Below, piece after piece: positions 29,767 to 39,994 of a stretch of DNA of 64,000 nt (position 1 is the first letter of the stretch; each line of letters opens with the position of its first letter). The notes under the pieces are model-generated. The model had not been told where the DNA came from, did not search any database, and was given only the letters and a program-made list of their open reading frames with translations. Origin of the DNA: a virus; IMG/VR virus record IMGVR_UViG_3300030102_006951, positions 64,001-128,000 of that record; one strand, 5' to 3'. Both the position numbers and the translations under genes were made by a program.

Positions 29767-30516
29767 TTAATCAGTTATACCATTTTCAATACCATCTATT
29801 TTAACAATACCATATAATTCTTTAAATCTCTTCATGGCAACCCTAATATCCTTTGTGTTCAATCCAGTATAATTTCTCATACTTTCTAAAACAGAATTTT
29901 TATTAAATTTTGTACCTCCAGCCATAGAGTCTAAAGTAACTTCCCAATCTCTTAGTATATCTATTAGTGCTAAACCAACCTTTTCTTCATTCTCGGTTAT
30001 TTTCTTTTTACCAACAATACTTTTGCCACCTTCTAGCTCATCGGTAATTGTATTTACTAATCTACCTATGAATTTATCCATAGTAAATTCTAAATCATCT
30101 AGCTCATAATGAAAGTCTTTCTTCTCTTCAAGAGCTGGTGCAATATCCTCATAAGAATATATTTGCTTGGTTTTTTTATCGTCACTAATTAGTAACCCTA
30201 AAATGTAGTTTTTACATATTGTTCCATAATAAGAATAGGCTTTGGTGCCTTTAGAATTTTCAAATTTATGAGCCTTTGTCATTAGGAATGATAGTGTGTC
30301 ACTATGTAATTGTTCAAAACTTTCGCTCTTCCTATACAATTTGTATTTCCTAATTATTGATTCAATCATTTTATTTAGCGGTTCACGTAGCCACTCATTG
30401 TAGATTGCATTCCTTTCTAATTCATCCTCTGAATTTAAATAATTTAAAACAGCCGTTTCTTGTTCTGGACCAAAGTATAAATTACTAGTCCGTTTACGTC
30501 CACGTTTCTTAGCCAT
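29767..30516 (-). CDS. phage RNA polymerase sigma-like factor (T4 gp55-like late sigma candidate)
   Basis: Region-2-like D..SFL..K..KF..SKG.KAYSYYGTICKNY; short, with a basic N-terminus followed by YF. Confidence 0.6.
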   Translation of the reverse strand: MAKKRGRKRTSNLYFGPEQETAVLNYLNSEDELERNAIYNEWLREPLNKMIESIIRKYKLYRKSESFEQLHSDTLSFLMTKAHKFENSKGTKAYSYYGTICKNYILGLLISDDKKTKQIYSYEDIAPALEEKKDFHYELDDLEFTMDKFIGRLVNTITDELEGGKSIVGKKKITENEEKVGLALIDILRDWEVTLDSMAGGTKFNKNSVLESMRNYTGLNTKDIRVAMKRFKELYGIVKIDGIENGITD

Positions 30517-30520
30517 TTTA

Positions 30521-31327
30521 TTAAGTTGTTTCTTCGTATGTTATCTCTCTTTCGTTATCAAAATAATATTCTTTTTTAGCTTGTGCTAACCACCAGTTAG
30601 CCTCAACTGGGTCCATTTCTTCTTTATATTTAACAAAAAGAGAGTCTGGCCTTTGATTTAAATGTTTATAACCTAATTTAGGTATAACCATAACTTTTTG
30701 GTCTTTGAAAGTGATTCTAAGTAAAAATTCATAAATGAATGTTAACTTAATATTTGATTTTAATCCACCACTTTCATTAAATGCTTCGGTTTTCATTGTT
30801 ATACCATCAATATTAAAGTTTTGGAATGATAATAATGCGTTGTTATCTAAAACGCCTAATTCATCTGAAAAACTGTTGGCCCATACTGCCTCATTTGTTA
30901 AGCCCATAAACGAACCGTCTTTTTGGTTAACGTCAATTATAATGGGCATGAATACATCAACATCTTTATGGGCTTCTTTGTATTTAACTACGTTTTTAAA
31001 CCACTTACTTGAGTACTCATCATCAAACTCTAAAATACTAAACCACTCTGTTTTGCACTGAGAAACACCATAGTTAACTTGACTTGAGAAATCAGTTCCT
31101 CCAGGATTTTCAAGTATTGTTGTTTTAACACCATGACTTGTTAAGTCCATATCTTTTAGTTTTTTATAAACATCTGAGCCTTTTGGCGTTACAATTAATA
31201 CTGAATCTGGTTTTACTTCTTGATTTCCAATACTTGTCATTGCATTATTGAATAATTTCATATTTTCTTCACCCACCAATTCATGCACTGGTAGAACTAC
31301 TGATATATTTGTTTTTTTATTTGCCAT
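30521..31327 (-). CDS. GT-A (GT2-like) glycosyltransferase
   Basis: ISVVLPVH, NYGV...TEWFSILEFDDEY. Confidence 0.75.
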   Translation of the reverse strand: MANKKTNISVVLPVHELVGEENMKLFNNAMTSIGNQEVKPDSVLIVTPKGSDVYKKLKDMDLTSHGVKTTILENPGGTDFSSQVNYGVSQCKTEWFSILEFDDEYSSKWFKNVVKYKEAHKDVDVFMPIIIDVNQKDGSFMGLTNEAVWANSFSDELGVLDNNALLSFQNFNIDGITMKTEAFNESGGLKSNIKLTFIYEFLLRITFKDQKVMVIPKLGYKHLNQRPDSLFVKYKEEMDPVEANWWLAQAKKEYYFDNEREITYEETT

Positions 31328-31340
31328 TTCTATTTATTTA

Positions 31341-32456
31341 TTATTGAGCCACTTCTGTTATTTGCTCTAAAACGTTATTAAATTCTGAAAGTCTGTTTTT
31401 AACTAATGTGCCGTAAACATTTTCAATAATCTCTTTTTGATTTTCTGCTGTATACGTGTTTTTAGTTGATTCCATACCATCCAATAAATCTTGTGGTACT
31501 GTGTCTTCAAGCCAAACTTTCATATAAGTTGCTATTAATTCTGGAATATTTAAGTGGGTATTTGTCCAAACACCGTTATTTTTAATCTTACCATTACCCT
31601 CAGCGTCTATCTCTTCCATCCACTCAGGAATCATATTTGGCATTTTACCAATTACTGGTGTGTTGCATTGAATGGCTTCTAGTGGGAAGGTGCCAAATCC
31701 AGCTCTGTCATCTAACCACACAGCTAGACATGATTTGCCTAACTCTTCAGCAAACTGTCTTTTTGGGATTCCTCTTAGTTCTTTAAATGTTATCCACTTA
31801 TATAATGGGTTTTGTAAGTAAAACATTTTAGCTATTTTAGCTGCGTCACCCTGTTCTCTAGCTACAATACTAACCACTGGTATTTTAGGTTTATCAGAGT
31901 CAACAAAATAATCGGATATACTTATTGGTACCGTATATGTGTTAATTGACGGGAACATACTTTTCAAATATTCACCTTGTTTTTTAGATGTAGTAATAAC
32001 ATCATTAAAACCATAATCCGTCCACCTTCTACCTATCGGTAGTAATTCAGTGATGTAGTCATAACTTTGAGATATAACTATTTTTTTACATGGGAATTGT
32101 TTGACTTGGTCCATTAAGTTTGAAAAGACTTCTGGAACTATTATAAAGTCTTGTGGGCCAACATTTAATTGTTGCGATTCTATAGACATGTGTGGTAGTT
32201 TAGTGTATTCCTCACCTAACCAATCAGATAGCCCCATGCCCTCTGAGTCACCATGCATTTTATAGTCATTTTTTTCGTGTAATATAGTCGCACTGTAACC
32301 AAGTTCATTTAGAACCTTAACATGCTCATAGATATTTGCAACGCCAGCTGTTGGGTTACCTTTAGTGTCTAGTGTGAAAAAATATAATCCAAATTCTTTA
32401 TTTTCTAGTTTGGATATGATTTCTTCCACTGTTGATTTTTTTACTTTTTCACTCAT
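31341..32456 (-). CDS. GT-B-like glycosyltransferase
   Basis: AGVANIYEHVKVL, IIVPE, GFGTFPLEAIQCNTPVIG. Confidence 0.75.
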   Translation of the reverse strand: MSEKVKKSTVEEIISKLENKEFGLYFFTLDTKGNPTAGVANIYEHVKVLNELGYSATILHEKNDYKMHGDSEGMGLSDWLGEEYTKLPHMSIESQQLNVGPQDFIIVPEVFSNLMDQVKQFPCKKIVISQSYDYITELLPIGRRWTDYGFNDVITTSKKQGEYLKSMFPSINTYTVPISISDYFVDSDKPKIPVVSIVAREQGDAAKIAKMFYLQNPLYKWITFKELRGIPKRQFAEELGKSCLAVWLDDRAGFGTFPLEAIQCNTPVIGKMPNMIPEWMEEIDAEGNGKIKNNGVWTNTHLNIPELIATYMKVWLEDTVPQDLLDGMESTKNTYTAENQKEIIENVYGTLVKNRLSEFNNVLEQITEVAQ

Positions 32457-32488
32457 TTTTTTTAATTATTTGATTATTATTTAAATTA

Positions 32489-32836
32489 TTATTCTATTTC
32501 AACTATAATTCCATAGTCTAATAGAGTGTTAAATGCCATTTTAAATGGTAGCGGGGCCGAATCAAGTGCTCTTGCTAAACCTAAGGTTGAATCTACTTCC
32601 TCGTTGTAAACTAAAACCACTTCCATGAACCCTCTAATTGATTCATATTTGGTTGCATCTATTTCTCTGGACCTCGGACTTTTTGTTTTTATAATTTCTT
32701 TGGTTACTAACTTATCATTAGAATCAGTTGTTATTTTTTCTTGAAATTCTTCAAATGTATCAGGATTATTTACCCTAATTATTTTTTCTAAAGCGTCTAA
32801 ATCAAACTTAAATATTTTACCGCCAATATCTAACAT
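32489..32836 (-). CDS. hypothetical protein
   Basis: ORF track. Confidence 0.7.
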   Translation of the reverse strand: MLDIGGKIFKFDLDALEKIIRVNNPDTFEEFQEKITTDSNDKLVTKEIIKTKSPRSREIDATKYESIRGFMEVVLVYNEEVDSTLGLARALDSAPLPFKMAFNTLLDYGIIVEIE

Positions 32837-32837
32837 A

Positions 32838-33443
32838 TTATTTAATTTCTTCGTATGTTGTTATCCTTGTGTTTAAAATTTTTTCTCTTAAATCACTATC
32901 TTTGATAAAGTCAATAATACTATCTAGTTCAAAATCAGAACCTGAAGTTTTATTGTAGCTTGAGTTTACTTTAACCGATATTTTTTCATTTGGTTTGGTT
33001 TCTAAAGCTTTTGGATTTGCTGTGATTAGTAAATCAATGTTATCCCAAATATCTTCATACTTTGAAACAAAAATTATCTTGTCTGCCCTACAACCTAACT
33101 TGGATAAGAAAAAGTATGTTGACGGTATACTTTTAGCGACTTCTTTAGAGGTTATTATTATTTCATGTTCCTCCTCATCTTTTATGTCCATCAAAAACAT
33201 ATTTAATTGAGCCATTAAGTTTTCGTGTAATTGGTCCGCATGTCCGAACACTTCTAAAGATGCTTCCATAAATAAAAATTTATTCATGTCATCCACCGTT
33301 TCAAATTTAAAATGTTTGATTAAATCAAAACTATCTACTGGGTTTTCTTCAATATCTAGTTCACCAATATATTTTTCATACGTGTATGCGAACTGACCTA
33401 TAAAGTCTCTTAAAACCTCATTAATATCTATACCAATTTTCAT
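32838..33443 (-). CDS. HAD-fold 5'(3')-deoxyribonucleotidase-like protein
   Basis: MKIGIDINEVLRD (degenerate DxD), IIITS, and YN near the C-terminus. Confidence 0.6.
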   Translation of the reverse strand: MKIGIDINEVLRDFIGQFAYTYEKYIGELDIEENPVDSFDLIKHFKFETVDDMNKFLFMEASLEVFGHADQLHENLMAQLNMFLMDIKDEEEHEIIITSKEVAKSIPSTYFFLSKLGCRADKIIFVSKYEDIWDNIDLLITANPKALETKPNEKISVKVNSSYNKTSGSDFELDSIIDFIKDSDLREKILNTRITTYEEIK

Positions 33444-33480
33444 ATTAATAAGAATACCCTAATTTAGGCTAAAGTAAAGT

Positions 33481-34329
33481 TTAAATATTAAATTTTCGTT
33501 TTAAGAAAATATTTATTCTTCTAATTAATTTTATCTTTTTATTTTTTCTTTTTGATTTGTTTTTAATAGAATCGATTTTTACATGATTTTTATTATCTAT
33601 CATGTTATCTGTATTATCATAATTATTAAGAATTTTAGATATGATTGGGTTTCTAACTATGTCTTCGATTTTAAATTCAAAGAACCCAATCTCAGATATA
33701 TTTCTATGTCTATTCATTGCATCATATAACCCGCTTTGTTTTACATTTTTATATCTATCTGATTGGTCTAGGTCTCCAGATAATACGTACTTTGAATTTT
33801 CACCTATTCTGGTTAAAATTGTTTTTACTTGTTCTGGTGACATGTTTTGGACTTCTTCCACAATAACTACTGAATTATCAATTGTCTTGCCTCTTATGAA
33901 ACCTAGTGGTTCAACTTTAATTATCTCTAATTCTTCTAATTTCTGCCTATTAGATTTACCAATTATTTTATCAATAATATCTAATGATGAAGCAACGTGA
34001 GGTTCCATTTTTTCTTTCATGTCACCTGGTAGATGACCTAGCTTTTCCCCAGCTTCTATGGCTGGCTTTGTAATTATTAATGTTTTATATGGGGTTGTTT
34101 TGTTTTGTATTAATTCAATACCTCTTGCAATTGCTATATAACTTTTACCTACACCAGCTGGTCCAGCAGCAATTATAATTTCTTTTTCATTGATTAAATT
34201 TGCAAATTCTTTTTGTTTTATGTTTTTACATTTTAACCTGTGTTTTTTTGTGAGAACTGAATCTATAACCCTATTTTGTTTTTTGGTTTCTAAAATTGAT
34301 GATGGGGCTCTTCTTTGTGTTTTTGGCAT
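33481..34329 (-). CDS. phoH: PhoH-family ATPase
   Basis: GPAGVGKS, EKLGHLPG, FIRGKT, EEVQN, LTRIGENSK, GDLDQSD, DIVRNP. Confidence 0.92.
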   Translation of the reverse strand: MPKTQRRAPSSILETKKQNRVIDSVLTKKHRLKCKNIKQKEFANLINEKEIIIAAGPAGVGKSYIAIARGIELIQNKTTPYKTLIITKPAIEAGEKLGHLPGDMKEKMEPHVASSLDIIDKIIGKSNRQKLEELEIIKVEPLGFIRGKTIDNSVVIVEEVQNMSPEQVKTILTRIGENSKYVLSGDLDQSDRYKNVKQSGLYDAMNRHRNISEIGFFEFKIEDIVRNPIISKILNNYDNTDNMIDNKNHVKIDSIKNKSKRKNKKIKLIRRINIFLKRKFNI

Positions 34330-34332
34330 ATA

Positions 34333-35307
34333 TTACCTTTTTGACTCTTTATTTTTGTATTTTTTATCCAACTCTTCTAGTCGGTACTTTTCTAATAAAT
34401 ATTCGCCATTTATGATAACTTCACATTTAAATTTAATTATATAGTGCCCATCAAACTCAACTACCTTGTCAAATTCTTTTATATCGTATTGAAATAAATA
34501 GAAATCTTTAACACCAATGTCTTTATATGTTGTAAACCCAACACCTTTGATGTCTAACATACTTGACTTTTTTGGGGTTTTTAAACACTTTTTTAACTCA
34601 GATATAAATAACCTACTTTTTCTATCATACTCATCTGGATACTTACTAACATAAAACTCTATTAACCTTTCATTATCATTTATAATTCTAATATTCATTT
34701 TATTTGTAAATGATTCAATTTCAAATTTACTCCTTGAATCCCTAATTACTTTAATAGGTTTTTCAGCTTTTATAGTTGAATGGTATTTTTCGCTATCTAT
34801 TTCTCCTAGTGTTGCTGATGTGGTATCTTTATTTGATATGATTGATTCTGACCTTTCATTAGAATTGTATTCACTTATATTTTTATTTGATAATATATCA
34901 TCGCTACTTAGTGTTATTTCTTTATTATCAATAACCATCTCAAGTGGGTAGTTGTCTTCTTTGTCTAGTTTAATCTTTTTCAAACCGCTTTTAATTGTTG
35001 CTGAAGTACTTTTTTTAACATTTAAGTCATGATAGCCTTCACTATCTGTTGATAGTGATTTTATCATCATCTTATCCGAAGCCTCTAATATTTTAAATAG
35101 TCTCCACCTTAGCTCTTTAACTTCTTGAGTTATTTCACCCCTATTTAAAGAGTCTGCAAGTGTACCTTGATTGTGTCTTTGGAATTTGCCGATAGCACCT
35201 TCCAATTCCTCTGATGATTGTCCTAGTAAATCTTTTTCAACGCTAGCGGTAGCTAAGGCTATAGTTGCCATCTTTCTTCTTAGCCAATTAACAGTCTTTT
35301 TTATCAT
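34333..35307 (-). CDS. hypothetical protein
   Basis: 324-aa ORF. Confidence 0.75.
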   Translation of the reverse strand: MIKKTVNWLRRKMATIALATASVEKDLLGQSSEELEGAIGKFQRHNQGTLADSLNRGEITQEVKELRWRLFKILEASDKMMIKSLSTDSEGYHDLNVKKSTSATIKSGLKKIKLDKEDNYPLEMVIDNKEITLSSDDILSNKNISEYNSNERSESIISNKDTTSATLGEIDSEKYHSTIKAEKPIKVIRDSRSKFEIESFTNKMNIRIINDNERLIEFYVSKYPDEYDRKSRLFISELKKCLKTPKKSSMLDIKGVGFTTYKDIGVKDFYLFQYDIKEFDKVVEFDGHYIIKFKCEVIINGEYLLEKYRLEELDKKYKNKESKR

Positions 35308-35318
35308 AAAATTTTATT

Positions 35319-36407
35319 TTAACGTTTATTCACTAGTTCCCTAGTATTTGGTTCAGAACCAAATTCTCTACGATAAACAGTTTTTCCGTTATCTGGACTT
35401 TCATAGACGTAAACTTTATTTTTCACTTGTTCATCTATCCATTCATAAGTTTTTTTCATACCTTCTATAAGTGGTTGAGAGACTGCCCACCCTATTTTTT
35501 CATTATAAAGTTTATTGTCAGAATTTCTACCTCTAACACCTAACGGACATTTAAAACCATATTTTTCAATAAAATCTTGTCCGTCTATATTACTAATTTT
35601 AACATCTTTATTTGATATGTCAATAGCCATTTGTGCGAGTTCATTAATAGTTACCATTTCTTCAGAACCTATATTGACAGGGCCTATAAAATCTGATTCC
35701 ATAAGACGAAGCACTGCTTCTACACATTCGTCTACATATAAAAATGAACGGGTCTGTTTTCCATCACCCCAGACTTCTACCGTTTTGTTTGATTCTGATA
35801 CTTTCCTACACATAGCTGCTGGAGCTTTTTCCTTACCCCCTGTCCACGTACCCATAGGTCCAAATATATTATGAAATCTTGCGATTCGAACATTTAAACC
35901 ATAGTTACGACTAAAGGATAAAAATAATCTTTCAGAAAATAGTTTTTCCCATCCATATTCCGAATCTGGGTTGGCGGGGTAAGCTGATGATTCTTCACAA
36001 TTAGGACTATTAGAATCAAGTTGATTATGTTCTGGATACATACATGCGGAAGAGGAGTAGAAAACTTTTTTTACTTTCTTTTTAGTACACTCATGAACAA
36101 CATTCAAATTAATTAATGCGGAATTGTGCATGACGTTAGCATCATTTTCACCTGTAAATATATAACCAGCACCGCCCATATCTGCGGCTAATTGATAAAC
36201 CTCGTCTACATCATCACCTATAACTTCTGACACTACTTTAGCATCCCTCAAATCCCCTTTAAAAAATTTGTCACATATGTCATCGTGATTGAAGAATTCA
36301 TGATTTTTTATATCACAAATTATTACTGTATTACCTTCTTTTTTTAATCTTTTCGCAAGATGACCTCCGATAAAGCCACCCCCACCTAGAACTACTATTT
36401 TTTTCAT
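35319..36407 (-). CDS. GDP-mannose 3,5-epimerase-like NAD-dependent epimerase
   Basis: GGGGFIG, LAADMGG, SSACMYPE, YGWEK, RFHNIFGP, EKAPAAMCRK, GDGKQTRSF, GVRGRNSDN; matches GME motifs including the catalytic Cys and Lys positions. Confidence 0.85.
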   Translation of the reverse strand: MKKIVVLGGGGFIGGHLAKRLKKEGNTVIICDIKNHEFFNHDDICDKFFKGDLRDAKVVSEVIGDDVDEVYQLAADMGGAGYIFTGENDANVMHNSALINLNVVHECTKKKVKKVFYSSSACMYPEHNQLDSNSPNCEESSAYPANPDSEYGWEKLFSERLFLSFSRNYGLNVRIARFHNIFGPMGTWTGGKEKAPAAMCRKVSESNKTVEVWGDGKQTRSFLYVDECVEAVLRLMESDFIGPVNIGSEEMVTINELAQMAIDISNKDVKISNIDGQDFIEKYGFKCPLGVRGRNSDNKLYNEKIGWAVSQPLIEGMKKTYEWIDEQVKNKVYVYESPDNGKTVYRREFGSEPNTRELVNKR

Positions 36408-36413
36408 ATTTTA

Positions 36414-36442
36414 ATTATACTATTAAAATTACATAAAGTAAA
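36414..36442 (-). promoter_or_regulatory. sigma70-like promoter
   Basis: TTTACT-N17-TATAAT just upstream of the epimerase. Confidence 0.45.
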
Positions 36443-36553
36443 GATTGTATTTACAATATTACATCAGTATCCTAAATAGATTATACCCCATTAATAAATT
36501 TTTCACAACTTTCTCAGGGCCATTCTGGTCTTGTGAGATATAAATTTGCAATG

Positions 36554-37177
36554 TTACTTCACCCATATCATTCCCCATTTATCTTTTCTGTTTATGTCTA
36601 TATCGTTGTGTATTTCACACTCTTCCCACGATGTATATATTTCTGGTTTTTTTAAATATTCATCACCATATATAACACCAAAATCAGTATATCCAATAGA
36701 TTTTAAATGTTCACAAGTTTTATTAATGTTAACATATTGTTCTTCAGCCCATTCAAAACAAATTTCTTTCTGCTTATTTGACAGTCCCTTTATAACTTCT
36801 AATTCATACCCTTCAACGTCAATCTTAATTAAGTCTGGTGTTTTGTGGTTAATAACTAAATCATCTAAGCTTATAGTGTTTTTAACAATAGTAGAGTTCC
36901 ATTTGTAATTATTAGAAAATCTAGAATTATTAATCCAATCAATACTAGCGGTAGATATTGTGTCTGCATTGCTTATGTGAAATTGAATTTTTTTATTACT
37001 TTCAGTAGAAACTAAATCTTCAATTATAACCACATTTTTATTAAAAAATTTCTTTTTTAACTTATTATATAACTCTATATTTGGCTCAACTGAAATAACT
37101 TTGCAATTTGGATATAATTCTAAACATTTATCTGTAAAATTACCCACGTTTGCACCTACATCAAAAATCAAATCCAT
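36554..37177 (-). CDS. FkbM-family methyltransferase
   Basis: FDVGANVG, VEPN, IKIDVEGYELEVIKG. Confidence 0.9.
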   Translation of the reverse strand: MDLIFDVGANVGNFTDKCLELYPNCKVISVEPNIELYNKLKKKFFNKNVVIIEDLVSTESNKKIQFHISNADTISTASIDWINNSRFSNNYKWNSTIVKNTISLDDLVINHKTPDLIKIDVEGYELEVIKGLSNKQKEICFEWAEEQYVNINKTCEHLKSIGYTDFGVIYGDEYLKKPEIYTSWEECEIHNDIDINRKDKWGMIWVK

Positions 37178-37179
37178 AA

Positions 37180-37809
37180 TTAATTATTTTTTATATAAAA
37201 AGCATCTCCCCATTCATAGGGTGTCATTTTTATTTCAACTCTTTTAAATCCAAATTGAGACAAATATTCATCTATCTCTTCTATTTTGGCGCACTTTTTG
37301 TAAACCTCTCCAGAATTAACTTCAGTATAAATGTAGTCTATTTTTTCTAAAGAATTTTTCATACCTTTCAATGCTAACAATTCAGCACCTTGTATGTCTA
37401 AGTTTAAAAAATTATAATCATAAGGATTGAATCCTTCCTCTTCAAAAAAAGTGTCAATTTTTTTAGTTTTAACAATTTTTTTATCAACTACGGTTATGTG
37501 GGGGTGATGCTTTGTATGTTTTCCCATCTCTAAAATTGAAGAAGACTCCCCATTGCTAGCCACATGGAAATCAATCTCTTTACCGTCTATATCAGATGCA
37601 GCAAAACAATAAGATTTATGTAATGGGTATTTATTAATAATCAGACTTAATTCTTTAAACGTATCAATGTCGGCCTCTACCCACAAAACATCTTTGACAC
37701 CAGACTGTACATAAGAGTCTGCTTCTTGAGCATGGTGAGCGCCAACGTGTAATATTCCCCTTGGTGTTATTCCGTACTTATTTACTATATCTTTAAATTT
37801 AATTAGCAT
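37180..37809 (-). CDS. FkbM-family methyltransferase
   Basis: HVGAH, SSSIL, LNLDIQGAELLALKG, YTEVN, WGDAFY. Confidence 0.9.
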   Translation of the reverse strand: MLIKFKDIVNKYGITPRGILHVGAHHAQEADSYVQSGVKDVLWVEADIDTFKELSLIINKYPLHKSYCFAASDIDGKEIDFHVASNGESSSILEMGKHTKHHPHITVVDKKIVKTKKIDTFFEEEGFNPYDYNFLNLDIQGAELLALKGMKNSLEKIDYIYTEVNSGEVYKKCAKIEEIDEYLSQFGFKRVEIKMTPYEWGDAFYIKNN

Positions 37810-37810
37810 A

Positions 37811-38479
37811 TTAATTGTATTTTTCTAAAATTTGTTTTAAATCATATTTCTTTGTATTAAAGTTGCTGCCCTTATGTATTCTATGTAACACTAACTCTTC
37901 TTTTATATTCATAAACTTAGCCCCGTGTTTCATTAACCTTAACCAAAAATCAAAGTCTTCAATACCAGATAATTTTTCGTCCCACCCATTAATTTTTTTA
38001 GCAATGCTTGTTTTTAAAATAGCAGAACTATTTGCAATTTGATTATCACCCATCATTGAGCGTGAAAATATTTCATCATGTTCTGCACACAAATTTGGTT
38101 GTCCTGTTATTATTTCAGATTCATTACAGTAAAATATTTTAGAACCTATAACATCGTATTTCCCAGTTTTAGAAAACTTATTTTGTATTTCAAGTTTTTT
38201 TGGTAACCATATATCGTCATCATCCTGAATTGCAATCCATTCACCCCTAACTTCTTTTAATAATTTGTTTAATGTTTTTGATTTACCTTTATCTAACCCA
38301 TAATCAAAAACTCTAATTCTTTTATCGTTATAATTTTTAACAATATTTTTTGAATTGTCGTTTGTTCCATTAAAACCAATAAGTAATTCCCAATCTGTAT
38401 ATGTTTGGTTTATTATTGAATCAATGGATTTACTAATATATTTTTCACCGTTGTATGTTGCTAATAATATTGATATCAT
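37811..38479 (-). CDS. GT2 glycosyltransferase
   Basis: SILLATYNGEKYI, QDDDDIW, EDFDFWLR. Confidence 0.9.
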   Translation of the reverse strand: MISILLATYNGEKYISKSIDSIINQTYTDWELLIGFNGTNDNSKNIVKNYNDKRIRVFDYGLDKGKSKTLNKLLKEVRGEWIAIQDDDDIWLPKKLEIQNKFSKTGKYDVIGSKIFYCNESEIITGQPNLCAEHDEIFSRSMMGDNQIANSSAILKTSIAKKINGWDEKLSGIEDFDFWLRLMKHGAKFMNIKEELVLHRIHKGSNFNTKKYDLKQILEKYN

Positions 38480-38490
38480 AAATTACTTAT

Positions 38491-39309
38491 TTAAATTACA
38501 ATCCAGTTTGTTTCGTATATATCTTTAACATCTTTAGGTCCTTTAGGTCCAAACCATATTCTGGGTGCAATTACCTTATTATTGTGTGGGCATAAATAAG
38601 CTCCCCACCAGCTGAAACTACTATTAGCTATAATGTGATTATTAGACTGTACTAGTAAACATAAATCATCTATTTCATTTTTAAAAGGTGAATAATATAT
38701 ATTTTTAGCTTTAAAGTTATCTTTGCACCACTCAATATCGTCTGATACAAATATAAATTTAGTATTATTATCACCTATAATATCCATACTTTTTTTATAA
38801 TAATCAACGCTACATGTTGGGTGGTAACCTGGGTTATTAAGGTAATCACCTCTACGAACATGAACAGATGTTATATTATTATCATTTCCAATATTATTTA
38901 CAAAATCACAAACTCTATCTACCCTTTCTTTTGAGAAATGAAAAAGTTTTGATATTTCATTTTTAAAATCGTGAAAATACTTTGAGCTTTGGAAGTAGCC
39001 GAATATTTCCAACCCCTCCGACCATTTTTTAGTGGGTGCAATTTCTGAATAAGAAAAACCATTTTCTTTATATTTGTGTTTTAAATTACCAATATTTTGG
39101 TTTGGGATATTTTTAAAGAAGTCATTTTTGTATGTGTTCGACACATTTCCCTGTAATTGTGTATCACATTTATTAAAATCAAACGTACATTTAACACTTT
39201 TATAGTCTTCTGGGTATAACTCTTTTAACTTCATGGTTAAACCCTTTGCGGCTGCTATCTGAAACATTTGGTTGCCGATGCCTCCCATTAATTGTGCTGT
39301 AATAATCAT
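38491..39309 (-). CDS. GT11 alpha-1,2-fucosyltransferase-like
   Basis: GGIGNQMFQ, GYFQS, HVRRGDY, SDDIEWC, IIANSSFSWWGAYL. Confidence 0.92.
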   Translation of the reverse strand: MIITAQLMGGIGNQMFQIAAAKGLTMKLKELYPEDYKSVKCTFDFNKCDTQLQGNVSNTYKNDFFKNIPNQNIGNLKHKYKENGFSYSEIAPTKKWSEGLEIFGYFQSSKYFHDFKNEISKLFHFSKERVDRVCDFVNNIGNDNNITSVHVRRGDYLNNPGYHPTCSVDYYKKSMDIIGDNNTKFIFVSDDIEWCKDNFKAKNIYYSPFKNEIDDLCLLVQSNNHIIANSSFSWWGAYLCPHNNKVIAPRIWFGPKGPKDVKDIYETNWIVI

Positions 39310-39316
39310 AATTATA

Positions 39317-39994
39317 TTAATTTCTAACTTCTTCGTGGTTTTTATCTAATGCTATTAATTTCTTATCAAATGGTATATTCATACTTTCACCATAACAATA
39401 ACTGGGGTTAAGAATCTTAGTTGGTGTGTTGTCAAAGAAATATCTATTCATGTGACTTTCATCATGCCACTTAGCGATAATACCATTTTTAAAATCAATG
39501 TCAATATTATCTGCTAAGTTTTTAGCCATTTTTAAATACTCTTCACTTGTACCGCCATTAAAACCACCAGCAAAATACTGATTTTGGTCGTTTGGGTCTA
39601 TGTAAGCTAATGAATTTGGGTTGGTTTCTGGAGTTCCTTTACTACCATAGAAACCAGGGTGTTGTGTTGCAACTCTTTCTGAAATTATTTCATCACCAAC
39701 CTCACTAACGAATTTCATATCGGCATCTGAATAAAATAAATAATCCATTTCAGATAATTCTTTTCTTGACTCGTTAAATATTTTATATCTACCTAGTGTC
39801 ATCCATGGCCAATCTTTATGTTCAACATTTATTTTAACCACATTTCTTTCAGTGAATAACTCAACATCTTCATTGGTAAATACAAAGTATGTAACCTCTT
39901 GATTTTTAAGTAAAAATTTATCAGCGCTAGTTATGAGTGGTTGTAAAAATCTAATATACTTGTTTGTTGCTATAATTAATAAACCTATTTTCAT
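39317..39994 (-). CDS. GT6 (ABO/alpha-1,3-Gal(NAc) transferase-like) glycosyltransferase
   Basis: IATNKY, YFVFT, WP..TL.RY, DAD (DXD), HPG, FAGGFNGG, WHDESHMNRY, LNPSY, LDK. Confidence 0.9.
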   Translation of the reverse strand: MKIGLLIIATNKYIRFLQPLITSADKFLLKNQEVTYFVFTNEDVELFTERNVVKINVEHKDWPWMTLGRYKIFNESRKELSEMDYLFYSDADMKFVSEVGDEIISERVATQHPGFYGSKGTPETNPNSLAYIDPNDQNQYFAGGFNGGTSEEYLKMAKNLADNIDIDFKNGIIAKWHDESHMNRYFFDNTPTKILNPSYCYGESMNIPFDKKLIALDKNHEEVRN

